Shown here: positions 1 to 9,618 of the stretch, one piece after another
Layout: the number at the start of each line of letters is the position of its first letter
How positions within the stretch are numbered: position 1 is the first letter of the stretch
Source of the DNA: Tubiluchus corallicola
Lineage: Eukaryota > Animalia > Priapulida
Reading direction: 5' to 3'
Assembly (NCBI GenBank): GCA_030141605.1
Contig: JAQGDQ010002394.1
Coordinates: 57,801 to 121,800, forward strand
Length of the DNA: 64,000 bases
Notes under the pieces: model-generated
Database searches by the model: none
Seen by the model: only the letters and a program-made list of their open reading frames with translations
Told to the model about the DNA's origin: nothing
Program-made: the position numbers and the translations under genes

Positions 1-47
1 TTGGCGAGGAAGAATAGTAAAAGTTTAAGTATTAAGCGAGGTTTCAA
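1..47 (-). CDS. Possible 5' end of an exported protein running off the window edge (partial)
   Basis: TTG start gives MKPRLILKLLLFFLA..., a basic plus hydrophobic signal-peptide-like N-terminus just downstream of fabD. Only 15 codons are visible. Confidence 0.3.
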   Translation of the reverse strand, partial: MKPRLILKLLLFFLA

Positions 48-93
48 AAGGTGTAACTAAGTGCTGTTTTTTTTATAGTTTTATGCTTAATCA

Positions 94-975
94 TTAGGTT
101 AAGTCTAAAACCTCTACACTTCGGTCTATTTTTTTTATAAGTCCTTGTAAAACTTTGCCAGGCCCCAATTCTGCAAACGATAAGCAACCATCTGCCACCA
201 TGTTTTGGACTGTTTGTGTCCACAGTACAGCTCCAGTCAACTGTAAAATCAAATTCTTTTTAATTTCCGTAGGATTAGAGCTTGGCTTGCTATTTACATT
301 TTGATATACAGGGCAATTTGGTACTTGAAACTCTGTATTGTTAATAGCTGCTTCTAACTCTATTTTTGCTGGTTCCATTAGTGGAGAGTGAAATGCTCCT
401 CCTACAGGCAGTTTCACCATCTTTTTTGCACCTGCTTTTTGCAATTTTTCCATTGCTATATCTATACCCTTTATAGAACCAGATATAACTATCTGTCCAG
501 GGCAATTAAAGTTAGCAGGCACAACAACCTCCTCTGAAATTTCCTTACATATTTCCGCTACTTTATCATCCTCCATTCCTATAATTGCTGCCATTGTAGA
601 GGGAGTTTTTTCGCATGCTTTTTGCATCGCTAAGGCACGAGCTGATACTAACTTTAAACCGTCTTTAAACGAAAGTGTTCCATTAACTACCAAGGCTGAA
701 AACTCTCCCAACGAATGTCCTGCTACCATATCAGGCTTTACATCAGTATTTAGTGCCTTTGCGGTAATTACAGAGTGAAGAAACACAGCAGGTTGCGTTA
801 CTTTTGTTTGTTTCAGATCATCCGCAGAACCGTTGAACATTATATCTGTGATATTGAAACCTAAAATATCATTTGCTTGCTCAAATAGACTCTTTGATTT
901 AGGATCGTTGTTATACAAATCCTTACCCATACCTGAAAACTGACTACCTTGTCCTGGAAACACAAATGCTTTCAT
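94..975 (-). CDS. fabD: Malonyl-CoA:ACP transacylase
   Basis: AFVFPGQGSQ N-terminus, GHSLGE catalytic Ser motif, GAFHS motif. Confidence 0.97.
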   Translation of the reverse strand: MKAFVFPGQGSQFSGMGKDLYNNDPKSKSLFEQANDILGFNITDIMFNGSADDLKQTKVTQPAVFLHSVITAKALNTDVKPDMVAGHSLGEFSALVVNGTLSFKDGLKLVSARALAMQKACEKTPSTMAAIIGMEDDKVAEICKEISEEVVVPANFNCPGQIVISGSIKGIDIAMEKLQKAGAKKMVKLPVGGAFHSPLMEPAKIELEAAINNTEFQVPNCPVYQNVNSKPSSNPTEIKKNLILQLTGAVLWTQTVQNMVADGCLSFAELGPGKVLQGLIKKIDRSVEVLDLT

Positions 976-1040
976 AACCTTATATTTTATTTTAAACGAA
1001 AGTTTAAAGAAACAACAACTTTGCTTACAATGAACTACTC

Positions 1041-1535
1041 CTAGTTAAGTTTAACATTATTCAGCAGATTGTTTATCAACTTTTTTTGCTTATCATTATC
1101 AGATAGGTTCTCTTGTAATATTTTTTCTGCAACATCTATTGACAAACTGGCTATTTCTTTCTTTATATCTTCTATGGCAGCAGTTTTTTCTGCTTCAATT
1201 TCTCTTTTGGCTTTGTCTATTATTTTGTTGCTTTCTGTGGTAGCTGCTTTTTTAGCTTCTGCTATTATGTTGTCTTTAGTTTCTTTGGCTTTATCTAATA
1301 TATTTTTGCTTTCTAGTTGAGCTTCTTTTATTATTTCTTGATTTTTAGCTGTAAGCTGCTCCATTTCTTTTTTTGCACTATCAGCTGATTGCAAAGCTTC
1401 AGAAATGGAATTTTCCCGGTCTTTAAGTGCAGAAAGTATAGGCTTCCAAGCAAATTTTTTAAGGATAAAAAATACTATGGACACAGATAACAACATCCAA
1501 AACATTAAGCCTATGTCTGGTGTAATAAGACTCAT
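1041..1535 (-). CDS. atpF: F0F1 ATP synthase subunit b
   Basis: N-terminal TM followed by LKKFAWKPI...RE and a long Ala/Glu/Lys coiled coil; follows atpE. Confidence 0.96.
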   Translation of the reverse strand: MSLITPDIGLMFWMLLSVSIVFFILKKFAWKPILSALKDRENSISEALQSADSAKKEMEQLTAKNQEIIKEAQLESKNILDKAKETKDNIIAEAKKAATTESNKIIDKAKREIEAEKTAAIEDIKKEIASLSIDVAEKILQENLSDNDKQKKLINNLLNNVKLN

Positions 1536-1550
1536 AATTTGTAATTTTTA

Positions 1551-1597
1551 ACAAAAAAACAAAACACCCTCTTGCGTGTGGCAACAAACAAGAGAGG
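1551..1597 (-). terminator. Intergenic hairpin plus U-tract between atpE and atpF
   Basis: Minus-strand CTCTTG...CAAGAG stem (1567-1597) followed by UGUUUUGUUUUUUU. Confidence 0.6.
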
Positions 1598-1615
1598 CTC
1601 TGTCAGTAAAACAGT

Positions 1616-1891
<276 letters not shown>

Positions 1892-1911
1892 TTAAAGTTA
1901 TTAATTTAATA

Positions 1912-2964
1912 CTAATGGTGTTCTTCTGTTGCCATACCAAAATATATGGCAGATAGAAGAGTAAATACATATGCTTGTATAACTGCTACCAGCAATTCTA
2001 AACATAGCATAAATATCGAAAATATAAGTGATATGGGTGCTACCGAATAACCTGCTGTTGAGCTCAGTTGTCCGAAAATAAATATAAGACTTATGAATAC
2101 TAATATAACCATATGCCCAGCAGTGATGTTTGCAAAGAGACGAATCATCAAAACTATGGGCTTGGTCAACATTCCTACAACCTCTATTAATGGGATGAGT
2201 GGCAATGGGTATTTGAGCCACCAAGGTACGCCAGCAGGATTAAAAATGTGTTGCCAGTAGTTTTTATTGCCATTGATTGTTGTTATTATAAATGTGAATA
2301 GAGCTAACACTAGAGTTACTGCTATGTTGCCTGTAAGGTTTGCTCCAAATGGAGGAAAGGGTACTAACCCCATCAAATTGTTTATCCAAATAAAGAAAAA
2401 TATGCTTAACAAAAAAGGCATAAATTTTTCAAACTTTTTTGCTCCTATGGCAGGTTTGGCTATATTATCTCTTACGAAGATGATAATAGGCTCAAGCAAT
2501 GACTGCAACCCCCTTGGGGCTTTTAACCCTCTTTTTTTGTAGGCTCTTGCTATGCTGAAGAATATAAACATTATAAGTATAAGACTAACGAAAAGTGCGG
2601 CTACGTTTTTAGTAATAGATAAATCTAAAGGCTTAACCATTGTTCCGTCTGGTAGCTTTTCAACTATTTTCCCTTTATTATCTCCTTCGTGTACGATTTC
2701 AAAGTTTTTATAAGAATGTCCGTGAGCAAGTTTGCTGGACATAAAAACATTCAGTCCTTGGTGCTTACTATATAATACTACGGGTAAAGGTATACTGATG
2801 TGTTTTCCTTGCCAAGTAACGATATGCCACTCGTGTTCGTCACCTATATGGTCTAGTACAAAGGCGGCAGGATTGAACTTTTCATTTCCTTTTTCAGCAG
2901 CACTAAGAGGTGCTGTTATAACAAGAAATAAAAATATGTAAAAAAATGTATGTTTAAGCATCAT
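1912..2964 (-). CDS. atpB: F0F1 ATP synthase subunit a (Bacteroidota long form with N-terminal signal and periplasmic extension)
   Basis: HIGDEHEWH, DLSITKN, IRLFANITAGH (essential Arg), IQAYVF motifs. Confidence 0.97.
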   Translation of the reverse strand: MMLKHTFFYIFLFLVITAPLSAAEKGNEKFNPAAFVLDHIGDEHEWHIVTWQGKHISIPLPVVLYSKHQGLNVFMSSKLAHGHSYKNFEIVHEGDNKGKIVEKLPDGTMVKPLDLSITKNVAALFVSLILIMFIFFSIARAYKKRGLKAPRGLQSLLEPIIIFVRDNIAKPAIGAKKFEKFMPFLLSIFFFIWINNLMGLVPFPPFGANLTGNIAVTLVLALFTFIITTINGNKNYWQHIFNPAGVPWWLKYPLPLIPLIEVVGMLTKPIVLMIRLFANITAGHMVILVFISLIFIFGQLSSTAGYSVAPISLIFSIFMLCLELLVAVIQAYVFTLLSAIYFGMATEEHH

Positions 2965-3347
2965 AACTTTAAACGAGTATTCTTTTTCATAATTTTAAGC
3001 AAAGATATTATTTCAAAAGATGTGAACAAAATATAAAGCAATAAAAAAGTAATTGAAAATAAGATTTTTTGTTCTTTGTTGAAATAAATGTATGTAATAA
3101 AAACAGTTATATATAGCAATAGTTTTACAATAGTAACTATCATAAACCTTCGTATAAAAACAGCAGCTTTTTTGTGAAGAGCCGTGGTCAAGAAAAAATG
3201 GGATAAAATGGTTACAATACCTAAGAATATAGGCAGATAAAAATAAATAGGAACATAGTATTGAGTAAATATGACTTTGAATAAAACTATTTCTAAAATA
3301 AAGATACTTGCAGTGAAGATGAAAATATTGATTAAGAACTTTCCCAT
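2961..3347 (-). CDS. 4-TM membrane protein, ATP synthase I-like accessory factor
   Basis: Four hydrophobic helices, FM..T.VKLLL motif, overlaps the atpB start; usual position in Bacteroidota atp loci. Confidence 0.7.
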   Translation of the reverse strand: MGKFLINIFIFTASIFILEIVLFKVIFTQYYVPIYFYLPIFLGIVTILSHFFLTTALHKKAAVFIRRFMIVTIVKLLLYITVFITYIYFNKEQKILFSITFLLLYILFTSFEIISLLKIMKKNTRLKL

Positions 3348-3566
3348 TTAAACAAGGTCTTTAATGATATTGTATATCGACAGGATGACAAAAGATACTG
3401 TAAGGATGAGTGTAAATATAGGAAAACCTGTTGCCAACCATTTGTCTATCGCTATTCCTACGAGTACTCCAATAACAATAGTTCCCATCATTTGAAATGC
3501 TATGGTGGAGTATTTTAGGTAGATATTAATATCTTTTTTTAAGTTATTAGTTGTTTTCTTTTTCAT
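3348..3566 (-). CDS. AtpZ/AtpI family (ATPase_gene1) small membrane protein
   Basis: YLKYSTIAFQM...G..IDKWL motif, two TMs, upstream of atpB. Confidence 0.85.
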   Translation of the reverse strand: MKKKTTNNLKKDINIYLKYSTIAFQMMGTIVIGVLVGIAIDKWLATGFPIFTLILTVSFVILSIYNIIKDLV

Positions 3567-3951
3567 TATCAGGAACGGTTGTTTTTTGATTAGGTTTTTC
3601 TCCTACTTTACAAGCTCCTGTGTATTTAGCTCCTTGTTCTATGGATATTTGCTGTGAGTATAAATCTCCATTGATATTTGCTGTTTCTTTTATTGAAATG
3701 AGCTGTTGTGCTTCAATGTTTCCAACTACCTCTCCTGATATATCTATGTTCTGACAATTGATATTTCCCTTTATCTTTGCTGTTTCGCCTATTACTATTC
3801 TTCCTTGTATGTTTAGAGTTCCTTCTATTGTTCCATCAACACGAATGTCATTGGAGGAGTTAATATCTCCTGTGATTTTTGTTTCTTCTAATATGAAATC
3901 ATTTAAAAAAGTTCCGCCTTCTACTTTTATTCGCTCTTTTTTATTTTTCAT
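3547..3951 (-). CDS. Bactofilin (polymer-forming cytoskeletal protein)
   Basis: Beta-helical repeats ITGDI...IRVDG.IEG...IKGNI...G.VVGNI...INGDL...IEQGA.Y.G.C. Confidence 0.9.
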   Translation of the reverse strand: MKNKKERIKVEGGTFLNDFILEETKITGDINSSNDIRVDGTIEGTLNIQGRIVIGETAKIKGNINCQNIDISGEVVGNIEAQQLISIKETANINGDLYSQQISIEQGAKYTGACKVGEKPNQKTTVPDNEKENN

Positions 3952-3977
3952 AATTTTCTTTTATTATTTAAGAATAG

Positions 3978-4982
3978 TTACTTTTTTTTGGTATCATATG
4001 CCCATTTAAGATACATTGCTCCCCACGTAAAACCTGCTCCAAATGTAGCAAGTACAAGGTTGTTGCCTTTTTTCAGTCTCTCCTCCCACTCCCATAAGCA
4101 TAATGGTAAAGTTGCAGCAGTCGTGTTTCCGTATTTATGGATATTTACCATTACTTTTTCAGAAGAAAGCCCCATTCTTTCACCTACAGCAGATATTATC
4201 CTCATATTAGCTTGGTGCGGCACAAGCCAGTCTATATCACTGTGAGAAAGGTTATTCTTTTTCATAATCTCTACCGCAGTATCTGCCATGTTAGATACTG
4301 CATATTTAAATACGTGTTTTCCTTCTTGGTACACATAATGCTCTTTTGCATCTACAGTTTCGTGGGATGCAGGTTTTGCAGAGCCTCCCGCTTTCATATG
4401 CAAATGCTTACGCCCTACTCCATTGCCTCGTAGTATGGCATCTCTTATGCCTACATCCTCAGTGGTGGGGGCTAATAGTACTGCTCCGGCACCATCGCCG
4501 AAGATGGGACAAGTTGTTCTATCTGTATAGTCTGTTATGGATGACATTTTATCTGCTCCTACTACAATAATCTTTTTATACCTACCAGTTTCTATAAATT
4601 TTGAGGCTGTATAGAGAGAATATAAAAAACCGGAACAGCCAGCATTTACATCAAATCCAAATGCATTTCTTATGCCTGTTTCGTAAGCTATGGTATTAGC
4701 AATGTCTGGGAATACTGTGTCAGGGCTAATAGTAGCACAAATAACAAGGTCTATTTCATTAGGGTTAACCTTGGTCTTTTCTAACAATTGTTTTACTGCA
4801 TTGATACCGAGAATAGATGTCCCTTTATTTTTTCCTTTTAGTATTCGTCTTTCTTTTATACCTATGCGGGTCATTATCCATTCGTCAGAGGTATCTACCA
4901 TTTGACTTAACTCGTCATTAGTAAGAATATAGTCAGGCACATAAGCACCTATTCCTATTATAGCTGCGTTTATTTTTTTCAT
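3978..4982 (-). CDS. fabH: 3-oxoacyl-ACP synthase III
   Basis: AGCSGF catalytic Cys, [17 protein letters not shown] motifs. Confidence 0.97.
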   Translation of the reverse strand: MKKINAAIIGIGAYVPDYILTNDELSQMVDTSDEWIMTRIGIKERRILKGKNKGTSILGINAVKQLLEKTKVNPNEIDLVICATISPDTVFPDIANTIAYETGIRNAFGFDVNAGCSGFLYSLYTASKFIETGRYKKIIVVGADKMSSITDYTDRTTCPIFGDGAGAVLLAPTTEDVGIRDAILRGNGVGRKHLHMKAGGSAKPASHETVDAKEHYVYQEGKHVFKYAVSNMADTAVEIMKKNNLSHSDIDWLVPHQANMRIISAVGERMGLSSEKVMVNIHKYGNTTAATLPLCLWEWEERLKKGNNLVLATFGAGFTWGAMYLKWAYDTKKK

Positions 4983-5005
4983 ACAAGGGGTTGCTGGTTC
5001 AATTA

Positions 5006-5191
5006 TTATGATGCTATCTCTTTTTCTACAGCAAGTTTACCCCTATAATGTCCACATTCTGGACAAACAGTATGGTATTTATGAGCTGCTCCACAGTTGG
5101 AGCATTTTGCTAATGTAGGTAATACAGCTTTATAGTGCGTTCTGCGTTTGTCTCTTCTTGACTTTGATACTTTCCTCTTTGGATGTGCCAT
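5006..5191 (-). CDS. rpmF: 50S ribosomal protein L32 (zinc-ribbon form)
   Basis: [19 protein letters not shown] with CxxC...CxxCG. Confidence 0.97.
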   Translation of the reverse strand: MAHPKRKVSKSRRDKRRTHYKAVLPTLAKCSNCGAAHKYHTVCPECGHYRGKLAVEKEIAS

Positions 5192-5192
5192 T

Positions 5193-5735
5193 TTAATTAT
5201 TTTTTGTGATTAACATCTTTTTTGCTAATTGTTCTAGTTTATCCCATCGTGGGTCACAGGGTTTTTTAGTAGTTATGTTTAGTAGTTTCAATTTTTTTAT
5301 CATTTGTGGGTTGCAGGCGCTTTTTTCACTTGATTTTGCGATGTGTATTTTTCTATATGGTAGGCTAAGGTTTATGTATTCATAAATATATTGTGCTATG
5401 TTTATTTCACTTTCTGTATGTGGTAGTATTAGTAGTTCTGCTGTTTGTTCTTCTCTTATCTTGCCAAACTTAACATATAGTTTGAAATTGTTTTGTATAA
5501 ATAGATTTAGATTATCTAAACACCTATCACAAATAGTTTCAATATTTCCTTTTATCTTAAAATCAAAAGTCAAAAACTTTACTTCTTTTACCATTTTGAT
5601 TTTGGCATCGATGTCTCCACTTAAAGCTTTATCATTAAAACCTCTAAAGAATGAGTTATTTATTCGATATTTAAAAATATGCTCTCCTTCTTTTAGGCTA
5701 CCAAAATGTATATTAAACTCGTTCTTTTTTTTCAC
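5193..5735 (-). CDS. yceD: YceD/DUF177 family protein
   Basis: CDRCL and DPRW motifs, directly upstream of rpmF. Confidence 0.9.
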   Translation of the reverse strand: MKKKNEFNIHFGSLKEGEHIFKYRINNSFFRGFNDKALSGDIDAKIKMVKEVKFLTFDFKIKGNIETICDRCLDNLNLFIQNNFKLYVKFGKIREEQTAELLILPHTESEINIAQYIYEYINLSLPYRKIHIAKSSEKSACNPQMIKKLKLLNITTKKPCDPRWDKLEQLAKKMLITKNN

Positions 5736-5757
5736 TAATAAAAAGGTAAAAGCCTTG

Positions 5758-5765
5758 CAAAGGTA
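5758..5765 (-). promoter_or_regulatory. Bacteroidota primary sigma -7 element (TACCTTTG) for the yceD-rpmF-fabH-atp-fabD unit
   Basis: Matches TAnnTTTG, 22 nt upstream of the yceD start. Confidence 0.7.
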
Positions 5766-5818
5766 GTATTTTTTTATTTAAGATATGTGTTTTTTTAATA
5801 TTTTTTGCGAAAATAAAT

Positions 5819-6691
5819 TTAAAGAATATTAAGACATTGTTCTTTTATTTTTTCTAACTCATCTTTCATTTCTACCACTAGTTTTTGTATTTTATCATCA
5901 TTGGCTTTACTACCTATGGTGTTTATCTCTCTTCCTATTTCTTGGGAAATAAAGTTGAGTTTTTTACCTTTTTGAGTTTCCTTGTTGTTCAAGGTTTCTA
6001 GAAAGTAAGAACAGTGGTTTTTCAGTCTTACTTTTTCTTCTGTAATATCTATTTTCTCTATATAATATATGAGTTCTTGCTCCAATCGGTTTTTGTCTAT
6101 CAAGTTGTTTTGTATGCTCTCTATTTTGGCAATGAGGTTCTTCTTTATTTTCTCTACTCTAGTTTGGTCTAAGTTGTCTATTTTTTCTAAGTCTTGTTGA
6201 ATTTTTGTTATGTTGCTTATCACTTCTTTTTCTAATGTTTTACCCTCTTGCGTTCTAAACTTATCTGTTTGTTTTATAGCATTCATTAGGGCTTCCATTA
6301 TTTTGTCCCAATCTTCTTTCTCTACTTCTTTTTTCTTTGTTTCTATTGTATTTGGTAGTTTTATGATGGCATTAATAAGGTTGTTATTATCTAGGTCAAA
6401 TTCATTGATTAAAGGCTTCAACTGCTGGAAATAACTTTTTAAAGTCTTTGTATTAATTTTGCTTGAAGTATCTTGCTCAAAATTATTCTCATAAAAAGAA
6501 ACTTCTACCTTACCTCGTTCTAAATATTTTGAGATTTTTTTCTTTATGTCCAACTCACAAGCTTTGTAGATAAATGGCAAGCGTAAAGAAAATTCCAAAA
6601 ACTTGCTGTTTAGAGAACGTATTTCAATATCTATTTCTTTTTCATCCAGCTTGCAAGTTGTTTTGCCAAAACCCGTCATAGATTTAACCAT
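5819..6691 (-). CDS. yicC: YicC/YloC family endoribonuclease
   Basis: SMTGFG N-terminus, DITEE..RL..H, GKKL.F..QE.GRE.NTIGSK motifs. Confidence 0.93.
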   Translation of the reverse strand: MVKSMTGFGKTTCKLDEKEIDIEIRSLNSKFLEFSLRLPFIYKACELDIKKKISKYLERGKVEVSFYENNFEQDTSSKINTKTLKSYFQQLKPLINEFDLDNNNLINAIIKLPNTIETKKKEVEKEDWDKIMEALMNAIKQTDKFRTQEGKTLEKEVISNITKIQQDLEKIDNLDQTRVEKIKKNLIAKIESIQNNLIDKNRLEQELIYYIEKIDITEEKVRLKNHCSYFLETLNNKETQKGKKLNFISQEIGREINTIGSKANDDKIQKLVVEMKDELEKIKEQCLNIL

Positions 6692-6806
6692 AATACCATT
6701 ACTTTTTGTCTATTTTTTTGCTAAAATAGATAAAATTGGAACAGAAAAGGCTTTTTATGGCTAAGCATATTAAAAATGTGAAATTCTCCCAAATTACATC
6801 TCACAC

Positions 6807-6838
6807 AAAAAATGGAAATGTAACCATACATTTCCATT
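6807..6838 (-). terminator. Intrinsic terminator after the 234-aa hypothetical gene
   Basis: Perfect 12-bp stem AATGGAAATGTA-acca-TACATTTCCATT with a T run on the minus strand. Confidence 0.7.
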
Positions 6839-6862
6839 AAAAGCTAAAATTGATATTGATGT

Positions 6863-7567
6863 TTAAAGGTGTAGTCCTCGTTCGTATAGAGCCTTGCATT
6901 CGAGCAAATAGTTCTTGTCTATGTTGTGGTTGTAAATACGAATCATATCCTGCAAGCCTCCGTTAACATAGAAACATCCTATGGCTGCATCAAATTTACT
7001 TCGTTCCCAATTAAACAATACTTTTTGGGTCAGTTCTTCAAATTCGCTCCAAGGAAAGGATTGTCTAAAATGAAAATAACCGTGAAATCTTTCTTCTGCA
7101 TCCAAATAAACTCCTTCTGTAATGGGTTGTAAGAAGAAGAATTTTTTCAGTTTGATAATACCGTCTACCTCTTCCAAGTTCTTTTTGTAAGGTGCAAAAC
7201 GTATACCTTCTTCTATAAAATAAGTAATAAGCTTTTTCACTAAGTCATAGCTTTCTAAATGGCGAACACGAATGACATTCACCGTTTCTGTAGGTAGTTG
7301 AATAGAGCCTGCCGTTGCAGAAAAGGAATGATCGAAGCGTTTTCTTATTTTTATAGAAGCACGTACCAATTGTTCGAAAGAACAATAATCTTTGATTACT
7401 ATATAAACATACAGTGGTTCTTTATCTGTAGGTATATGCTGATAGTATCCCTGAAAAGGTGTGTTTTCCTTAAGAAGCAGGTATTTAGAATCGATTGTTT
7501 TACTAATAGCAGACAGGTTGCTTTTTTTAATAATGAACCCAAATCTTTCCAAGATACTTTTTTCCAT
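6863..7567 (-). CDS. Hypothetical protein with an internally duplicated domain
   Basis: Long ORF with its own TACATTAG -7-like element (7607-7614) and terminator. The halves align: FSATAGSI...VIRVR vs FDAAIGCF...MIRIY. Confidence 0.75.
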   Translation of the reverse strand: MEKSILERFGFIIKKSNLSAISKTIDSKYLLLKENTPFQGYYQHIPTDKEPLYVYIVIKDYCSFEQLVRASIKIRKRFDHSFSATAGSIQLPTETVNVIRVRHLESYDLVKKLITYFIEEGIRFAPYKKNLEEVDGIIKLKKFFFLQPITEGVYLDAEERFHGYFHFRQSFPWSEFEELTQKVLFNWERSKFDAAIGCFYVNGGLQDMIRIYNHNIDKNYLLECKALYERGLHL

Positions 7568-8133
7568 AGAAGTAAATATTTTTAGTTTATACTTTATGTT
7601 TTTTTGCTAATGTAATAATAAATAATAAACGCAAGTATGTAATATTTTATTTTCTTTTTATCATTTCTTCGTGTTCTCTTATTCTTCGTGTTCACTAAAA
7701 CTCCTATTCTTACCAAACCTGTAATATTCTTTCAAATGATTTGTTAGATAGGGAGGCATTTTGTTTGTTTCCCAATAATTGAGATAATTTGCACATTTTA
7801 TATCTTTTTACAAATAGAAATTAATTTCACTTAAAATTAAAAAGTCATTAAAATTAATGAATTTTATGTTATTTTCTTCTGCTATTTTTGGAATAATTAA
7901 TAACTTTTGATAGGCTTCTTTTGTAATTTGATAGGTAGAAAAAACAAACATAATTTTAACCTTACTCATTTTACCTGCAATTTTAGTCGTTAAAGAAAGA
8001 TGTAATTTAGTAAGATAAAAAGGTTTTTTTACTTCTACAATTCAATTTGTGGATTAAGAAGATTATTCTTCATGGAGTTAGATCTATAATTGCCTAAAAA
8101 TTTCAACAATCCTTACAAAAGGAAATTATTAAT

Positions 8134-8141
8134 TAACTTTG
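8134..8141 (+). promoter_or_regulatory. -7 promoter element (TAACTTTG) for cysS
   Basis: Matches TAnnTTTG, only 5 nt before the ATG at 8147. Confidence 0.65.
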
Positions 8142-8146
8142 CACGA

Positions 8147-9613
8147 ATGATACAGCAAGATTTAAAAATATTTAATACTCTATCAAAAAAGAAGGAACTT
8201 TTTCAGCCTATCAACAAAAAATATGTTGGTATGTATGTATGTGGTCCTACCGTATATGGAGATACTCATTTAGGACACGCTCGTCCTGCTATTACATTTG
8301 ACGTGTTATACAGATATCTTAAAATACTTGGTTACAAAGTAAGATATGTAAGAAATATTACTGATGTAGGACACCTTGAAGAAGAAATAGGCGAAGGCGA
8401 AGACAAGATAGAAAAAAAGGCTCGTTTAGAGAAATTAGAACCTATGGAGGTAGTGAAATACTATTCTGACCGTTTTCACAAAAATCTGGAAGCCCTTAAT
8501 GTATTGCCCCCATCCATTGAGCCTCTTGCATCAGGACATATACTAGAACAGCAAGAAGCCATACAGGAAATAGTAAAAAAAGGATATGCCTACGAACGAA
8601 ACGGATCAGTGTATTTTGATGTGAAAAAGTATGCAAAAGAGCATCCTTATGGTGAGTTATCGGGCAGGAATATAGATGACCTTTTACAAAACACACGTCA
8701 ACTATCAGGTCAAGATGAAAAGAAAAACAGCTATGATTTTGCCTTGTGGAAAAAGGCAGATACTAAGCATATAATGCGCTGGAAATCGCATTGGAGCGAA
8801 GGCTTCCCGGGATGGCATACAGAATGTGCAGCAATGAGTACTAAGTATTTAGGCACAGAGTTTGATATACACGGCGGAGGCTTAGACTTGTTGTTTCCAC
8901 ACCACGAATGTGAGTTAGCACATTTTAATACCTTAAATGGAAATAAGGGAGCAAGGTATTGGATGCACAATAATATGATAACTATCAATGGACAAAAGAT
9001 GGGTAAGTCTTTAGGTAACTTCATTACACTTAATAAGTTTTTCACGGGCGACCATAAGTTGCTAGACCAAGCCTATGACCCAATGACGATACGTTTTTTT
9101 ATTCTACAAGCACATTATCGTAGCACTCTTGATTTCTCTAACGAAGCATTGCAAGCAGCGGAGAAAGGCTATCAAAAACTGATGACAGCTGTTAGTACGA
9201 TAGAGCAATTACCTGAAAGAGATGCTACCTCAGTAGATGTGCAACAAATAGAGAAGAACTGTTACAAAGCCATCAATGACGACCTCAATAGTCCTATTCT
9301 CATTGCTCATCTTTTTGATGGGGTGAAAACTATCAATCAAATAGCTACAAGCAAGGCTACAATAACAAAAGAAGATAAGCAGCATTTGAGAAAAATATTT
9401 CATAAGTTTGTATATGATATACTTGGATTACGTTCTCAAAAGAAGGAAGAAAATAGCCAACTTCTGGATAATGTGATTGATTTTATATTAAATATAAGAC
9501 AACAAGAAAAACAGAATAAAAATTTTAAGGTTTCAGACAAAATAAGAGATGGATTATCTCAATTGGGGGTGAAAGTTTATGATAAAAAGGATGGTTCTGA
9601 CTGGGAAATATAA
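8147..9613 (+). CDS. cysS: Cysteinyl-tRNA synthetase
   Basis: [41 protein letters not shown]. Start moved from TTG 8090 to ATG 8147. Confidence 0.97.
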   Translation: MIQQDLKIFNTLSKKKELFQPINKKYVGMYVCGPTVYGDTHLGHARPAITFDVLYRYLKILGYKVRYVRNITDVGHLEEEIGEGEDKIEKKARLEKLEPMEVVKYYSDRFHKNLEALNVLPPSIEPLASGHILEQQEAIQEIVKKGYAYERNGSVYFDVKKYAKEHPYGELSGRNIDDLLQNTRQLSGQDEKKNSYDFALWKKADTKHIMRWKSHWSEGFPGWHTECAAMSTKYLGTEFDIHGGGLDLLFPHHECELAHFNTLNGNKGARYWMHNNMITINGQKMGKSLGNFITLNKFFTGDHKLLDQAYDPMTIRFFILQAHYRSTLDFSNEALQAAEKGYQKLMTAVSTIEQLPERDATSVDVQQIEKNCYKAINDDLNSPILIAHLFDGVKTINQIATSKATITKEDKQHLRKIFHKFVYDILGLRSQKKEENSQLLDNVIDFILNIRQQEKQNKNFKVSDKIRDGLSQLGVKVYDKKDGSDWEI

Positions 9614-9618
9614 ACCCT

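Noticed and set aside
1-47. Edge ORF begins MKPRLI, as does porQ at 21518
   Set aside because: Only about 11 identical nt in signal-peptide-type sequence; not enough to claim duplication
7710-7796. 28-codon minus-strand ORF MCKLSQLLGNKQNASLSNKSFERILQVW
   Set aside because: No recognisable features or control-codon run; cannot be supported
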